59,420 bases of DNA, from assembly GCA_043806035.1 (NCBI GenBank), contig JAZDHK010000020.1:1-59420 (forward strand), read 5' to 3'. This document shows, in pieces, positions 17,741 to 27,668 of the stretch (the first letter of the stretch is position 1; each line of letters opens with the position of its first letter). A model generated the notes under the pieces. The model searched no databases. It was not told the origin of the DNA and saw only the letters and a program-made list of their open reading frames with translations. The position numbers were made by a program, and so were the translations under genes. Source of the DNA: an archaeon. GTDB taxonomy: Archaea; Nanobdellota; Nanobdellia; Woesearchaeales; UBA9642.

Positions 17741-19573
17741 TTAGCTTGCGACGAGGGAGACAACCACGAACCCTGAGCAATTCCCTTTCTGCAGGGATGG
17801 CACACCCATCTTCCAGTAAATGTTCTTTGTGCCTGCAAACGTGGAATTCTTGATCGTGAGATTGAACGTGTCGACCTGCACAGGACTTCCTGTCAAAGAA
17901 GTCATGCTGCCATAGCTCCTCCCTGAAAGCAAGGAGTAGCGTTCATAGACAATACTGATATTCCCTGTGGTGCAGTTCATGGCAAGGTCATCGCCGATGT
18001 AGTACGCATAGCCGTTCAGCGTGACATCAATCTCTCTATTGCCCAGATTGGTTACGGTGATGGTCGAATCTGTCGAGGAATTCTTGCCTGCGCTCACCGT
18101 CCCATACACGATTGTCGTTGGCGTGACGTTCATCGCATACAGGTCATTGACTGTTACCGTGCTCTCTTCGCTGCCGACTGCATTGTATATGTCGAGCGCT
18201 ACAATGGTACAATTCCACTGGCCTGCCGTCGCATGGTACGGCAAAGAGAACGCACAGCTGTAATTCTTCTCCGTGCTGTTCTGCGCTTCAAGGGCGCAGC
18301 TGCTGTTCACGGCACGGTAGGACGTGTCGCCTGCAGTGGTTTCGAGGCTGTACAGCGTGCCGTTCACGAGCGTTATCTCAGAGATATCGTTTGGGTCGCT
18401 GACGGATGCGTTGCAATAGGCAGTGCTGTTCATTCCTACGATAAGGTCTATCGTGGAAGGCAGTAAGATGGTGTTGATGACTGGCGGCAGGTTGATGTTC
18501 TGAACAAAGTTCAGTGTGGAAGAGGTAGCACTCCTGTTGAAGCTGTCGATGCAGGTGACATTCCACACGTATGCTGCATTCGTCAAGGAGACGTATGCGT
18601 TGATGAGCTGCCCGGAAATGACCTGTTCATGTACGTCAACAACACTATCGTTGAGGATGATGCTACAGTTCGTAATTATTCCCACATCTGTCGCCGTGTA
18701 GTTGAAAGTTACATTTTCCGTTGTGCTGTTCGTATCGTTAGGTGCAAGGGCAGTGACCGTAGGGGGAAGCAGGTCTATGGTGAGCACGTTCTTTGCTCCT
18801 GCTCTGTTCTCGTTCGTGCTGTTGTCTGCGCACGTCACGTTCCAAACATAACTGCCTTGAGAAAATCCGATGGAAAAATTTTGAGGAATTCCCTCCGTGA
18901 TGGTGGTGTTGCTCTGGTTGAAGCTGCCATTAATGTAGAGGCTGCAATTCAGTATGCCGAAGAGGGCGTCATCTGCCGTGTAGGACAACACGAGCTGGCT
19001 CTCATTCTCCAACGCTCCGTCAGCTGGGCTGAGCAGCGTCACTACAGGCCCTTCACGGTCATACGTGACATTCAGGAAAACCTCGTACAGTGCAAGGGAT
19101 GCCGTATCTTCCGTGTCCTGCACTTGCGTGATGAGCCTAAGCTTGAATGCACCACTCGTTAGGTTGCTGAAGAACAATTGTTCAGGAATGGCATAGATGA
19201 GAGTCTGTCTTGCAAGATTTCCCGTTGCCATGCTTCTCAGATCCTGCCAGCTTCCGTTGAGCGTGTACTGCAACGCCCATCGGTCATCAAGCACATCCTG
19301 GACGGCAAGGTCGAATGAAGCGCTAGCATTCATGATGGGTATACTGTCGTTGAGCAGGCCTGTGTTGAACTGCTGCAGCGTAAGGTTCATAGTTGTATTC
19401 AGGAAGGCAAATGATGTCGAGATCGTGTCGTACGCATTACTTGCATTAACCGCAGATCCTGTGCTGTTGATGGGCGTGAATGCATCTTGTGTTGCCACAC
19501 CGCACGGCAGCAGAATAAAAGCACCAACCATAACTGCCAGCATAGATAAGAAAAGCAGGATACGCCTCAACAA
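17741..19573 (-). CDS. Secreted protein with Ig-like repeats and C-terminal family A domain
   Basis: Signal peptide, two W.V.C.D repeats, LYAMNVT..YG..VTNLGN..CSGFVVVSLVAS. Confidence 0.85.
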   Translation of the reverse strand: MLRRILLFLSMLAVMVGAFILLPCGVATQDAFTPINSTGSAVNASNAYDTISTSFAFLNTTMNLTLQQFNTGLLNDSIPIMNASASFDLAVQDVLDDRWALQYTLNGSWQDLRSMATGNLARQTLIYAIPEQLFFSNLTSGAFKLRLITQVQDTEDTASLALYEVFLNVTYDREGPVVTLLSPADGALENESQLVLSYTADDALFGILNCSLYINGSFNQSNTTITEGIPQNFSIGFSQGSYVWNVTCADNSTNENRAGAKNVLTIDLLPPTVTALAPNDTNSTTENVTFNYTATDVGIITNCSIILNDSVVDVHEQVISGQLINAYVSLTNAAYVWNVTCIDSFNRSATSSTLNFVQNINLPPVINTILLPSTIDLIVGMNSTAYCNASVSDPNDISEITLVNGTLYSLETTAGDTSYRAVNSSCALEAQNSTEKNYSCAFSLPYHATAGQWNCTIVALDIYNAVGSEESTVTVNDLYAMNVTPTTIVYGTVSAGKNSSTDSTITVTNLGNREIDVTLNGYAYYIGDDLAMNCTTGNISIVYERYSLLSGRSYGSMTSLTGSPVQVDTFNLTIKNSTFAGTKNIYWKMGVPSLQKGNCSGFVVVSLVAS

Positions 19574-19613
19574 TTCACCCCCTGCTCATCCGAGAATTAG
19601 GGGTTTATAAAGT

Positions 19614-20546
19614 TTAGCCTGCCACGGCGCTGAAGACAATCCATCCCGTGCAGTTGCCGAAGGGACTGCCTGAAATGTTCTCCAGGCTGAGCTGCCAGAA
19701 TGTCGAGTTGATCATGTCTGTGCCTATGCTCTTGTTCAGGCTGAAGTTGGTGACGCTCTGCACCGTGCCGTTCATCTTGAGCTTTTGGGCGAATGTTAGT
19801 CCCGTTTCTACAGAGACGGCAACGGCTCCCGCTGTGACGTTGAATGATGAGTTCGGGCAGATCATGGCAAAGCCGTCGTTCAACGCACTGCCGTATGTCT
19901 GGGCAGTGAGGTTTATGCGCATGTTGCCGAAATTGGTGACGTTCGCTTCAATGTCTGCACTTTCGCTCCCCAACGCTAGGTTTCCAAACTCGATGCCATC
20001 AGTGACGTTGAGGGCGTATAAGGGAAGCATGGTTGCCGATCCTGAACCGTTTGTAGTGTAATTCAGGTCATCTTTCGTGTCTAAAGCAAAGAATGTGCAG
20101 TTCCACGAGCCGTTGTTCGCATAATAATAGACTTCGAACGAGCAACTATAGTTTGCGTAGACGTTGTTCTGCCCGTATGGTCCTGCAACGAGGGGACAGC
20201 TCGTGTTCGTATAGTGCGTGTTGTTGTTATCAGCAGCATCGTATGATGAAGTGCTAGAATGGAATAATGTCGCATTCAGGCTGTGGTTGCCGTCGATGCC
20301 GTTCCAATCTCTGACTGTGGCGTTGCAGATGATGGTTCTGGTGAGTCCTGCATTAAGTGTCAGATTCGTGGGGAGTGTTCCCGCAGAATCTCTGATGGTG
20401 ATGTTCATGAATTCAGGTTTTGAATCGGTGATGTTGACATGCGTTTGCACAGAGACATTTCTATAATTAGGTCCTGGCGTGTTCGCGTAGACGGTGCCAG
20501 AAAGAAAAATAGCAAAACATAGGAGCAAAAGGATTCTGTTCCCCAA
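19614..20546 (-). CDS. Family A secreted subunit-like protein
   Basis: Signal peptide, PGPNYRNVSV, GPYGQNNVYANY, LYALNVTDGIEFG, CTGWIVFSAVAG; no TM anchor. Confidence 0.85.
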   Translation of the reverse strand: MGNRILLLLCFAIFLSGTVYANTPGPNYRNVSVQTHVNITDSKPEFMNITIRDSAGTLPTNLTLNAGLTRTIICNATVRDWNGIDGNHSLNATLFHSSTSSYDAADNNNTHYTNTSCPLVAGPYGQNNVYANYSCSFEVYYYANNGSWNCTFFALDTKDDLNYTTNGSGSATMLPLYALNVTDGIEFGNLALGSESADIEANVTNFGNMRINLTAQTYGSALNDGFAMICPNSSFNVTAGAVAVSVETGLTFAQKLKMNGTVQSVTNFSLNKSIGTDMINSTFWQLSLENISGSPFGNCTGWIVFSAVAG

Positions 20547-20692
20547 CGTTATCCCTCGAGTTAGTTGACCTAACTTCCTCAGTACCCCCGCTGTTTTCCT
20601 GAACGTACTCCTTTAAATAACTTTCGTTATGAAAAAAAAGGAAAACGTACGCTGTTTTCAAAAAAACGCTGTCGTGTCAAAAAATTGCCATA

Positions 20693-21670
20693 TTATGGCG
20701 CTATTGCTGAGAAGATAATCCATCCTTCGCAGACGCCGTAAGGATTGATGGTAGTAGGAATGTTGAGTTTCCAGTAGGTGGTGTTGATGATATCAGTGGT
20801 TACTTTCTTTGGCATGGTTATATCAGCAATGGTTTGGACGCTTCCCGTGAGTGCCATCATGGTAGCGAATGCCTGCGCTGCTTGCAGCGACACTGCTTCA
20901 TGGTCTACTGAAATGTTCCAATCAGAATGGGTGCTGTTGCAGATCAGGCCGAGATTGTCTCCTCTTGTCTGGCCGTAGCCTTGCACAGTAAGGTTGATGG
21001 CCATGTTGCCGAAATTCGTCACGTTCGCCTCGACGTCATCGCTTGTTTCTCCGACTGCCAATTCACCATAATCTATACCATCGGTGACGTTCAATGCATA
21101 TAATGGCAGGATGGTTGTCTTGTTCGTTGCGTTCGTCGTGTAGTTGAGATGACCTGCGAAGCTGCCTTGGATGTCGTGTGCCCAGACCGTGCAGTTCCAC
21201 GAGCCGTTGTTCGCATGATAGTAGACGTCGAATGCGCAGGTATAATTTGCGTAGACGTTGTTCTGTCCGTACGGTCCTCCGACAAGTGTGCAGCTCGTGT
21301 TCGTGTAGTGCGTGTTGTTATTGTCCGTGTCGAAGGGGTTGCTGTTTGCGCTGTCGAAGAATGATCCATTGAGTGTGATGTTGTCGTTGATGCCGTTCCA
21401 GTCTCGGATAGTGACATTGCACAGCACGGTCCTCGTCAGTCCTGCATTGAGTGTGACGTTGAGTACGCTATAATATGCCGTGTCTTGAACCACGATGCGC
21501 ATGAATTCAGGCATGGCATCGGTGATGTTCACTCTCGTCCACACCGATGTGTTCTTGTAATTTGGACCAGGCACGTTTGCCGAGAGTGCAGGATTGGTAA
21601 GAAGGAGTACCGTGCCTAAAATAACGAGAGAAAGGACAATCATCAATGGGAGAGATACTTTTTTGATCAC
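20693..21670 (-). CDS. Family A secreted subunit-like protein
   Basis: Paralog of 19614 and 30977; 20 N-x-S/T sequons by manual count; GTG start with GAGGAG upstream. Confidence 0.85.
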   Translation of the reverse strand: MIKKVSLPLMIVLSLVILGTVLLLTNPALSANVPGPNYKNTSVWTRVNITDAMPEFMRIVVQDTAYYSVLNVTLNAGLTRTVLCNVTIRDWNGINDNITLNGSFFDSANSNPFDTDNNNTHYTNTSCTLVGGPYGQNNVYANYTCAFDVYYHANNGSWNCTVWAHDIQGSFAGHLNYTTNATNKTTILPLYALNVTDGIDYGELAVGETSDDVEANVTNFGNMAINLTVQGYGQTRGDNLGLICNSTHSDWNISVDHEAVSLQAAQAFATMMALTGSVQTIADITMPKKVTTDIINTTYWKLNIPTTINPYGVCEGWIIFSAIAP

Positions 21671-21713
21671 TTGCTTCTCCTCTGCTCACGAATTATCGCA
21701 AATTACATATTAG

Positions 21714-21760
21714 TATACTAATTTGTATAACAATAGCATAAATAGTATATAAATGTTTCG
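21714..21760 (-). promoter_or_regulatory. BRE-TATA plus putative operator
   Basis: Minus-strand CGAAACATTTATATA (21760-21746); plus-strand TATACTaattTGTATA (21714-21729). Confidence 0.7.
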
Positions 21761-22001
21761 ATTACCACTTTGCCCTTGAAAAAGAAAGAAAAGAAGAAAA
21801 AATACTAAAATGCTGGAGAAAAGGTTAAAAATGTTGTTATAATAAAAAAAATGGTTAAAACACACCACAAATAAAGAAATAAGTAAAATAATAATTTGAA
21901 ATATAGAAAAGACTTAAATAATTGGAAAAAGAAGATAAGAAGAATGGATTCATTCTTCATTTAAGAAGAATAATCAAGAAAACGCTAATCAGAGTGCATC
22001 C

Positions 22002-24764
22002 TCATCTTGTCGCATCATGAAACCGTCTCAGGCAGAGCAAGACATACTTGTCAAGTTCAGGACTGCTCTGGCTCAGTTGAGAATACGCCGTCCGTATATG
22101 TGCCATGTGCGTCCTCAACTCAGTCTTTCTTCCCAAACCCGCGAGTGTGTTCGCCTGTGCGATACTATCGAGCAATCGCACTTTTTCTCTGAGCGCATCA
22201 AACTGCATCCTGAACAACGGAGGCAACTCATACTGCTGCAGCAGCTGATGCAGCACGACAAGAGCGTGCCGTGCCTCGAAAGCACTTGCCCTGTTCGCAA
22301 ACGCATGCGCATCATGCAGCAATCCCTGAACGGTCTTATAATATTGCTGGGGCAGCGGCTGTCGAAGAACAACCTCTTGTGAAAAGAAGTAATAGCCGGC
22401 AAGACCTGCGATGATGATAATACCCACTATTATGATGAGCACGTTAGTGTTAACGTGCACGAGCTTGATGGCAGCACCCGTGAGCTTATCACCTTTGTCA
22501 GTTCCTGACTGAATGACAGAAGAGGATTGTTGTTTGAGCAAGAGAATGGTCTTCACCTGTCTCGCCTCAGACAAAGGAACGATGCTGTCGACGCTATACG
22601 TTACCGTGCTTCCTCCATCCCATACCACGACAGGATCGGGATTCAACACTTGCGGCGCTCCCTTGAAGGTGACATCGCTCGCCCTCCGCGCAACTTCCTT
22701 GGGAATAAGCTCTACAACGACATAGCTTGCATTCGAGGATAGTGTCATTGTTTTCTGGAAAACAGTCACTTCCTCGCTCAATCCTCCAGCATAGGTTATG
22801 CGTGCCTGGGTTATCTTCGTCGTCACCTTGACCATGTCCTGCAGCTGCTGATTGCTCTTTGTCAGGTCGTCCGTGACGTTCTTGCCAATGAGGTATTCCT
22901 GCTGTGCCTGCAACACGTCAGCCGTCGCTGTCGACTGCGTGAACTCTGCACCATCAATGACGCTGAGCGTCTGCGGTATTTTTGCCTTGTCCTTCTGGAT
23001 GTTCTTCTCATACTGGTCGAGTATTTTGTTCACGTCCTGCTCAGAGAGGTTCTGACTGAGCATGTCAACAAGCGCCTGTCGCATCTGGGCAACATCTTCT
23101 CGCGCCTGCCGCGACTGCACGAGCAAGCCTTTCTCTGTTATTATGCTCAGGAGCGCATCATCTTTGTTTCCCTCAAGTTCCTTTATTTTCCTGTCCATTT
23201 CAGCAAGTGCTAAATCAAAGGACACGATGGTACGATTGACCTTGCTGGCGAGTTTTGGATCAAGCACGGTCTCTTCCATGATATATTGCCTGCCCAAGGC
23301 AGTGATGTACGTGACGCCAGAGAGTGGCCCTTCATTGCCAGCCCTGTCCACTGCACTGACGGCATAGCTGTACGTGTGGTCTGCATCGACCGCGTCAACA
23401 TAGTCTTCATCACCAACGCTTTGATAGTAATCGACATAGTCCGCACTGCCCGCCTCAGTCCTATATATCCTGTATTCCTTGATGCGCTCCCCATCATAGT
23501 GCCATCTCAAGAGAATGGAGCCATCCTGTTTGTTGCTGGCAACAAGCCGTGAGGGAGCAGGTGGTTTTGTCGTGTCGATAAGGAAGAGTTCACCATCAGT
23601 GATGGTTGTCCCCTCAAGACCTTGCTCGTCATTCCCTCTGAAGTAGAACGTACCCACTTTGTTAGGGGTATTCTCGTGGATGATAAGGTAACCGCTCCAG
23701 CTCGTGCCGCTCCCGACGAGACTGATGCTTGTTCTTCCTGATTCGCCATCAAATCCATATTGCAGGCTTGGCGTTCCCTGCAGCACTTCTGAGGTGTCGA
23801 TGCTTACTTGATACGTCCCTGCCCTAAGCGGGCTTCCTTTTTCGAGACGGACAGCCGCTGTTGGCCGTACGTTGACGCTAAAATTTGCTTGCGCATGGCC
23901 TTCGTTGCCTACTGTGTCCTGGCAGGAGAAATAATACTGGTAGGTTCCTTGCACGAGGTCAACTTGTACGCTGTGCTCCGTGCTTCCCGTCATGTCAAGC
24001 ATGCTCTCAAAGGCAAGTGGGGCAGTATCATACCTGCATTGCGCTTGCTCATCTGTTGTAATACTAATTGTTATCCTTGGCCCTATGAGCAGCACAGGAA
24101 TGTTAATGGTAATGAGTGGTGCTTGCAGATCCAGGATGAAGTGTATCTCTTCAGAAGAGGGCATGGCATTTCCTGAGAGGTCTGTACAGCGGACATAATA
24201 CGTGTACGTGCCTTGGCTGAGCGCTATCAATTTCTGATGAGAAAGCATTGTTCCTTCCATGAGTATGCCCATGCTTGCATAATCCGTGTCGATCGTGTCC
24301 GTCCTGCAGACTGCATTTTCGTTCGTTGTAGCAGTTATGCTCACCGTCTGGTTGCCCAGTGTTCCTGAAGGCGTCGTTGCGATAACTTCTGGAGGGGTGG
24401 TGTCTTGCACGATGAATGATCCTGCTTGTGAGGTTGTCTGGCTGGCATTATCTATTGCAGTGATAGTGAAGGAGACGTTGCCGAGCGCTTCCGGAGTGTA
24501 CGTGTAGGAGTAGATGCTCGGCAAGCCTTCCGTCATTGTTGCATTCGTTGCATTCAGGATAATGCGCACATTCAAGATACTACCATCATCGGTTATTGTT
24601 GCCTGTATGGTTTGCTGCTGGCCTAGCTCGACAGGAGGGGCGGTGATGCTGTGGATGGTGGGGGGGTTATCTGCAAGAGCGAAGGGTATGAGCAGTAGCA
24701 AGAAGAGTATAGTGGCAACTAGTGAAGTTGCCCAACTGCCTCGTCCGTTCTGTCCTGTTCTCAT
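22002..24764 (-). CDS. Surface protein with Ig-like/FN3 domains, coiled coil and TM
   Basis: Signal peptide, YTYYVRCTD repeats, FN3-like YSYAVSAVDRAGNEG, helical region, TM near C-terminus. Confidence 0.8.
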   Translation of the reverse strand: MRTGQNGRGSWATSLVATILFLLLLIPFALADNPPTIHSITAPPVELGQQQTIQATITDDGSILNVRIILNATNATMTEGLPSIYSYTYTPEALGNVSFTITAIDNASQTTSQAGSFIVQDTTPPEVIATTPSGTLGNQTVSITATTNENAVCRTDTIDTDYASMGILMEGTMLSHQKLIALSQGTYTYYVRCTDLSGNAMPSSEEIHFILDLQAPLITINIPVLLIGPRITISITTDEQAQCRYDTAPLAFESMLDMTGSTEHSVQVDLVQGTYQYYFSCQDTVGNEGHAQANFSVNVRPTAAVRLEKGSPLRAGTYQVSIDTSEVLQGTPSLQYGFDGESGRTSISLVGSGTSWSGYLIIHENTPNKVGTFYFRGNDEQGLEGTTITDGELFLIDTTKPPAPSRLVASNKQDGSILLRWHYDGERIKEYRIYRTEAGSADYVDYYQSVGDEDYVDAVDADHTYSYAVSAVDRAGNEGPLSGVTYITALGRQYIMEETVLDPKLASKVNRTIVSFDLALAEMDRKIKELEGNKDDALLSIITEKGLLVQSRQAREDVAQMRQALVDMLSQNLSEQDVNKILDQYEKNIQKDKAKIPQTLSVIDGAEFTQSTATADVLQAQQEYLIGKNVTDDLTKSNQQLQDMVKVTTKITQARITYAGGLSEEVTVFQKTMTLSSNASYVVVELIPKEVARRASDVTFKGAPQVLNPDPVVVWDGGSTVTYSVDSIVPLSEARQVKTILLLKQQSSSVIQSGTDKGDKLTGAAIKLVHVNTNVLIIIVGIIIIAGLAGYYFFSQEVVLRQPLPQQYYKTVQGLLHDAHAFANRASAFEARHALVVLHQLLQQYELPPLFRMQFDALREKVRLLDSIAQANTLAGLGRKTELRTHMAHIRTAYSQLSQSSPELDKYVLLCLRRFHDATR

Positions 24765-24775
24765 GCGTGTTTTCC

Positions 24776-24937
24776 TCAGAGTTTTTTCTTCATCTTCTCG
24801 AGGAGGTGACTGTCTTGCTCGAGCGCTTTGGCTATGGCGCTTTCGATATAGTCGTTCATGGTCACGTCCTTCAGGACAGAAATGATTTTGGCTTTGGTGT
24901 GCGTGTCGTCGTTTAGGCGTATGTTGACGCGTTTCAT
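24776..24937 (-). CDS. Ribbon-helix-helix DNA-binding protein
   Basis: MKRVNIRLNDDTHTKAKIISVLKDVTMNDYIESAI fits the RHH pattern; start may instead be 24976. Confidence 0.7.
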   Translation of the reverse strand: MKRVNIRLNDDTHTKAKIISVLKDVTMNDYIESAIAKALEQDSHLLEKMKKKL

Positions 24938-25000
24938 GTCTTTTCTCGTCTGTTTTTGCCCCTGAAAAAGGGACACCTCTGCCGAATTGACACTTTAATC

Positions 25001-25042
25001 ATAAACATGATTTAAATAGTTTTCTGTTTTTAACATGTTTAT
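25001..25042. promoter_or_regulatory. Inverted repeat flanking TATA box (putative RHH operator)
   Basis: ATAAACATG (25001-25009) and CATGTTTAT (25034-25042) around TTTAAA (25011-25016). Confidence 0.5.
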
Positions 25043-25125
25043 AATGAAAATCACATAAATATTTTTATCATAGATATTATTAATATGATAAAAGTGTCAT
25101 CAGAACAGTCCCTCTCTAAAAACAG

Positions 25126-26997
25126 TCATTGCTCGGCATCAGCCTCATCATACAGTTCCTGCTTCTCCTCGTACAAGGCGTAGATTGCCTTCAGCTTCTC
25201 ATGCAGGAGCTTCACTTTAGGATACTTCTCAGCAAGGGCGATGAAGCTCTTGTCCGTCTCTATAGTGTAGATGGCATCGCATAAGTCCTTCTCAAGCTTG
25301 TACGGCGTCTCTCGCTCCTTGTATTTATGATAGAGATCAGTCAAATCACGATAGATCTTCTTGAGATCAGGATATACTGCAAGATGAGCTTGCAGTTGCT
25401 CATCCCGACTGAGGCTATACAACAAGGCCTGCACCTTCTGTTCAACATCGAGAAGATACTGGTCCTGAAGATTGATGAGTTGGCGTAAATGCTCGTGATG
25501 CGTGTCGTAGAGCAACCCAAGTTGGCGTTGTTTCTTTCGTTCGTTATACTCATACCATGCCATGATACGATGCACGACTAACGGACTGCACAGGAGCAGC
25601 ACAGCCAGTATCCAGAGATACTTGTATGTGCTGAATGGGCAAAGGCCGAAGAAGTAATAATACAGGAGCAGGATGATCGTGACAACCGTGATGATGGTGA
25701 TGAAGAACCATCTTTTTCTGTTGACGGCGAATGACTGCAATGCTTTCTCCACGTCAGAGAGCTTCTTGTTCTTGCGGATTTTCTTGAGGTGCACATCATA
25801 GGCATAGACGCGCAACAACGTGCCAAGCAGGACAACGGCAAGGAAGATGAGCAAGTAGATGTTGAAGGGATTCACTGTTCTTTGGCAGATGAGCTCAGGA
25901 AACTCGAGAACGGGAAGCCTAATGAACGGACAGGCTTTTTCACAACTGCCCCCGCAATCAATCCCTTGCTCATCATCGTTCTGTATTCCATCAAAACAAT
26001 GCGTGCACGGTTTGCACGGTCCTCCGCAATCAACACCGAGCTCACACACCTTATTGCCATTGACGAAATGGCAGTTTTGGATGCTATCATTGCATGTAGG
26101 GCAAGGTCCACATACGCCTCCGCAATCAACGCCAGTCTCATCGCCGTTCTGGACACTATCAAAACAAGTGGGAATGTAGACACAGCTCTGATTATCTGGA
26201 GGTTTGTTCACCGTGCTGCCACAACTATTATCGTCGACACAGGCTCTCGTCTGGAAGCCATCAGGCATGCATGCTGACCAGTTGCTGCAGTGCCAATCTT
26301 CAAAACAATTTCCTTCAAGACCCTGCCCAAAAATGCCTCCAAGCCCGCCAAATCCTCCTGCGCCGCCTGCACCTCCTGAACCTGCACCACCACTGCCCAC
26401 ACCACTACCTGTTCCTCCACCACTACCCGCTCCTCCGCCAGAGCCTCCACCAGAACCACCGCCGCCCGTTCCATTACCTGTATTATTACTCGTACCATTA
26501 CCCGAGGAATTGCCTGTGTTGTTGGTGTCATTGAACGTGCCATTGCTCGGGATACACTCACCACAATCATCAATGCACACATCGCATGCCTCTCGCGCGT
26601 CACAGAAACCATCACCGCAAGAAAGAATAGGAATGGTTAGGTTGAGCCATCTGAAGTTGCCTGAAGTCCACGTATCATTTCCTGCTATTACTTCTGCCTG
26701 CTCTGAGCCTATTTTGAAAATGACTTGTTGATCGTTACTACCGCCTTCAACAGTTGCCGTGCTTGGATCGTCTCCTCTACACGTAAAGAATCCGAAATAA
26801 CCTGCAGTGACGATGAGGAATCTGCCGCAGTACGTCCCATCGACGTACGCATCGAGATAACTGTTCAACGGCACGGGCAGGTTGTAGCTGGTGAGCTGGC
26901 CGTAGAATTCAGTGGACGGAGGAGGAACGGCGATGACGCTGCCCATGCAGAGCAGCAACAGCAGGAAAAAAATACGTTTCACCAGTCCACCACCCAC
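25126..26997 (-). CDS. Membrane protein with Gly-rich linker and Cys-rich repeats
   Basis: Signal peptide, EFYG domain, poly-Gly/Ser linker, three C.D..QN..E.G.DCGG.C repeats, ~3 TMs, helical tail. Confidence 0.8.
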   Translation of the reverse strand: MGGGLVKRIFFLLLLLCMGSVIAVPPPSTEFYGQLTSYNLPVPLNSYLDAYVDGTYCGRFLIVTAGYFGFFTCRGDDPSTATVEGGSNDQQVIFKIGSEQAEVIAGNDTWTSGNFRWLNLTIPILSCGDGFCDAREACDVCIDDCGECIPSNGTFNDTNNTGNSSGNGTSNNTGNGTGGGGSGGGSGGGAGSGGGTGSGVGSGGAGSGGAGGAGGFGGLGGIFGQGLEGNCFEDWHCSNWSACMPDGFQTRACVDDNSCGSTVNKPPDNQSCVYIPTCFDSVQNGDETGVDCGGVCGPCPTCNDSIQNCHFVNGNKVCELGVDCGGPCKPCTHCFDGIQNDDEQGIDCGGSCEKACPFIRLPVLEFPELICQRTVNPFNIYLLIFLAVVLLGTLLRVYAYDVHLKKIRKNKKLSDVEKALQSFAVNRKRWFFITIITVVTIILLLYYYFFGLCPFSTYKYLWILAVLLLCSPLVVHRIMAWYEYNERKKQRQLGLLYDTHHEHLRQLINLQDQYLLDVEQKVQALLYSLSRDEQLQAHLAVYPDLKKIYRDLTDLYHKYKERETPYKLEKDLCDAIYTIETDKSFIALAEKYPKVKLLHEKLKAIYALYEEKQELYDEADAEQ

Positions 26998-27668
26998 GTC
27001 GCTGCAGCAGTCATGTTGATCCAGTAGCCATATCCTGGTGCCATTTCCTGCAATGTACTGTTTGGCGTGTCAGGCCTGTAGCTGGACCAGGTCTGGTTTG
27101 AGGCGTTGTACTGCCATACTTCACTGTACGATCCATCTATCGAGCTTAGCGCTTCTGAAATGTTCTTAGAAATATTCGTCGGGTAGCCAATGAGATTCCA
27201 TCCTTCTTGCAAAGGAAGTACGACGTTGTTCCTAAGTGCTCCGTTATAGGTTATTATTGTGGCTGAATCGACATACACCCAGAATCCTTGCGTGCGCTTC
27301 ATGACAGAGAGGTCATCTATCGCGTATGATGGCAGGTCTGCGAAAGAAGCAGGAATTCTGTTCACGTACACCTTCCACGTATCACTAGTAAGCGTGTGCC
27401 CGAAAACATAATAGGGTATAGTGCTCATGCTGGAGAGCGCCTGTTCTGGCGTTATTTCATCACCTTGGATGCAGAAGATGCTGATGAGATTCCAGCCTGC
27501 TGCAAGCGTGACGCTGCAATTGTATTCTTTGAGTGGTAGGATGTTCACGGATGTCGCGGTCACTTTTCCCGTTATGGTCGGCGAAGTAAGGTACAGCAGT
27601 ATGGCGAGCAGCACAGCGACTGCAGCGAACGACCAGGCAACGGCGTAAAGCTCATGACGATGTATCAT
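26979..27668 (-). CDS. Membrane-anchored surface protein with two GWNLI repeats
   Basis: N-terminal TM, LAAGWNLIS..GFWV and LQEGWNLIG..GYGYWI. Confidence 0.8.
   Translation of the reverse strand: MIHRHELYAVAWSFAAVAVLLAILLYLTSPTITGKVTATSVNILPLKEYNCSVTLAAGWNLISIFCIQGDEITPEQALSSMSTIPYYVFGHTLTSDTWKVYVNRIPASFADLPSYAIDDLSVMKRTQGFWVYVDSATIITYNGALRNNVVLPLQEGWNLIGYPTNISKNISEALSSIDGSYSEVWQYNASNQTWSSYRPDTPNSTLQEMAPGYGYWINMTAAATWVVDW

Noticed and set aside
26330-26520. GC-rich tandem-like repeat
   Set aside because: Explained by the Gly/Ser linker of the 25126-26997 protein
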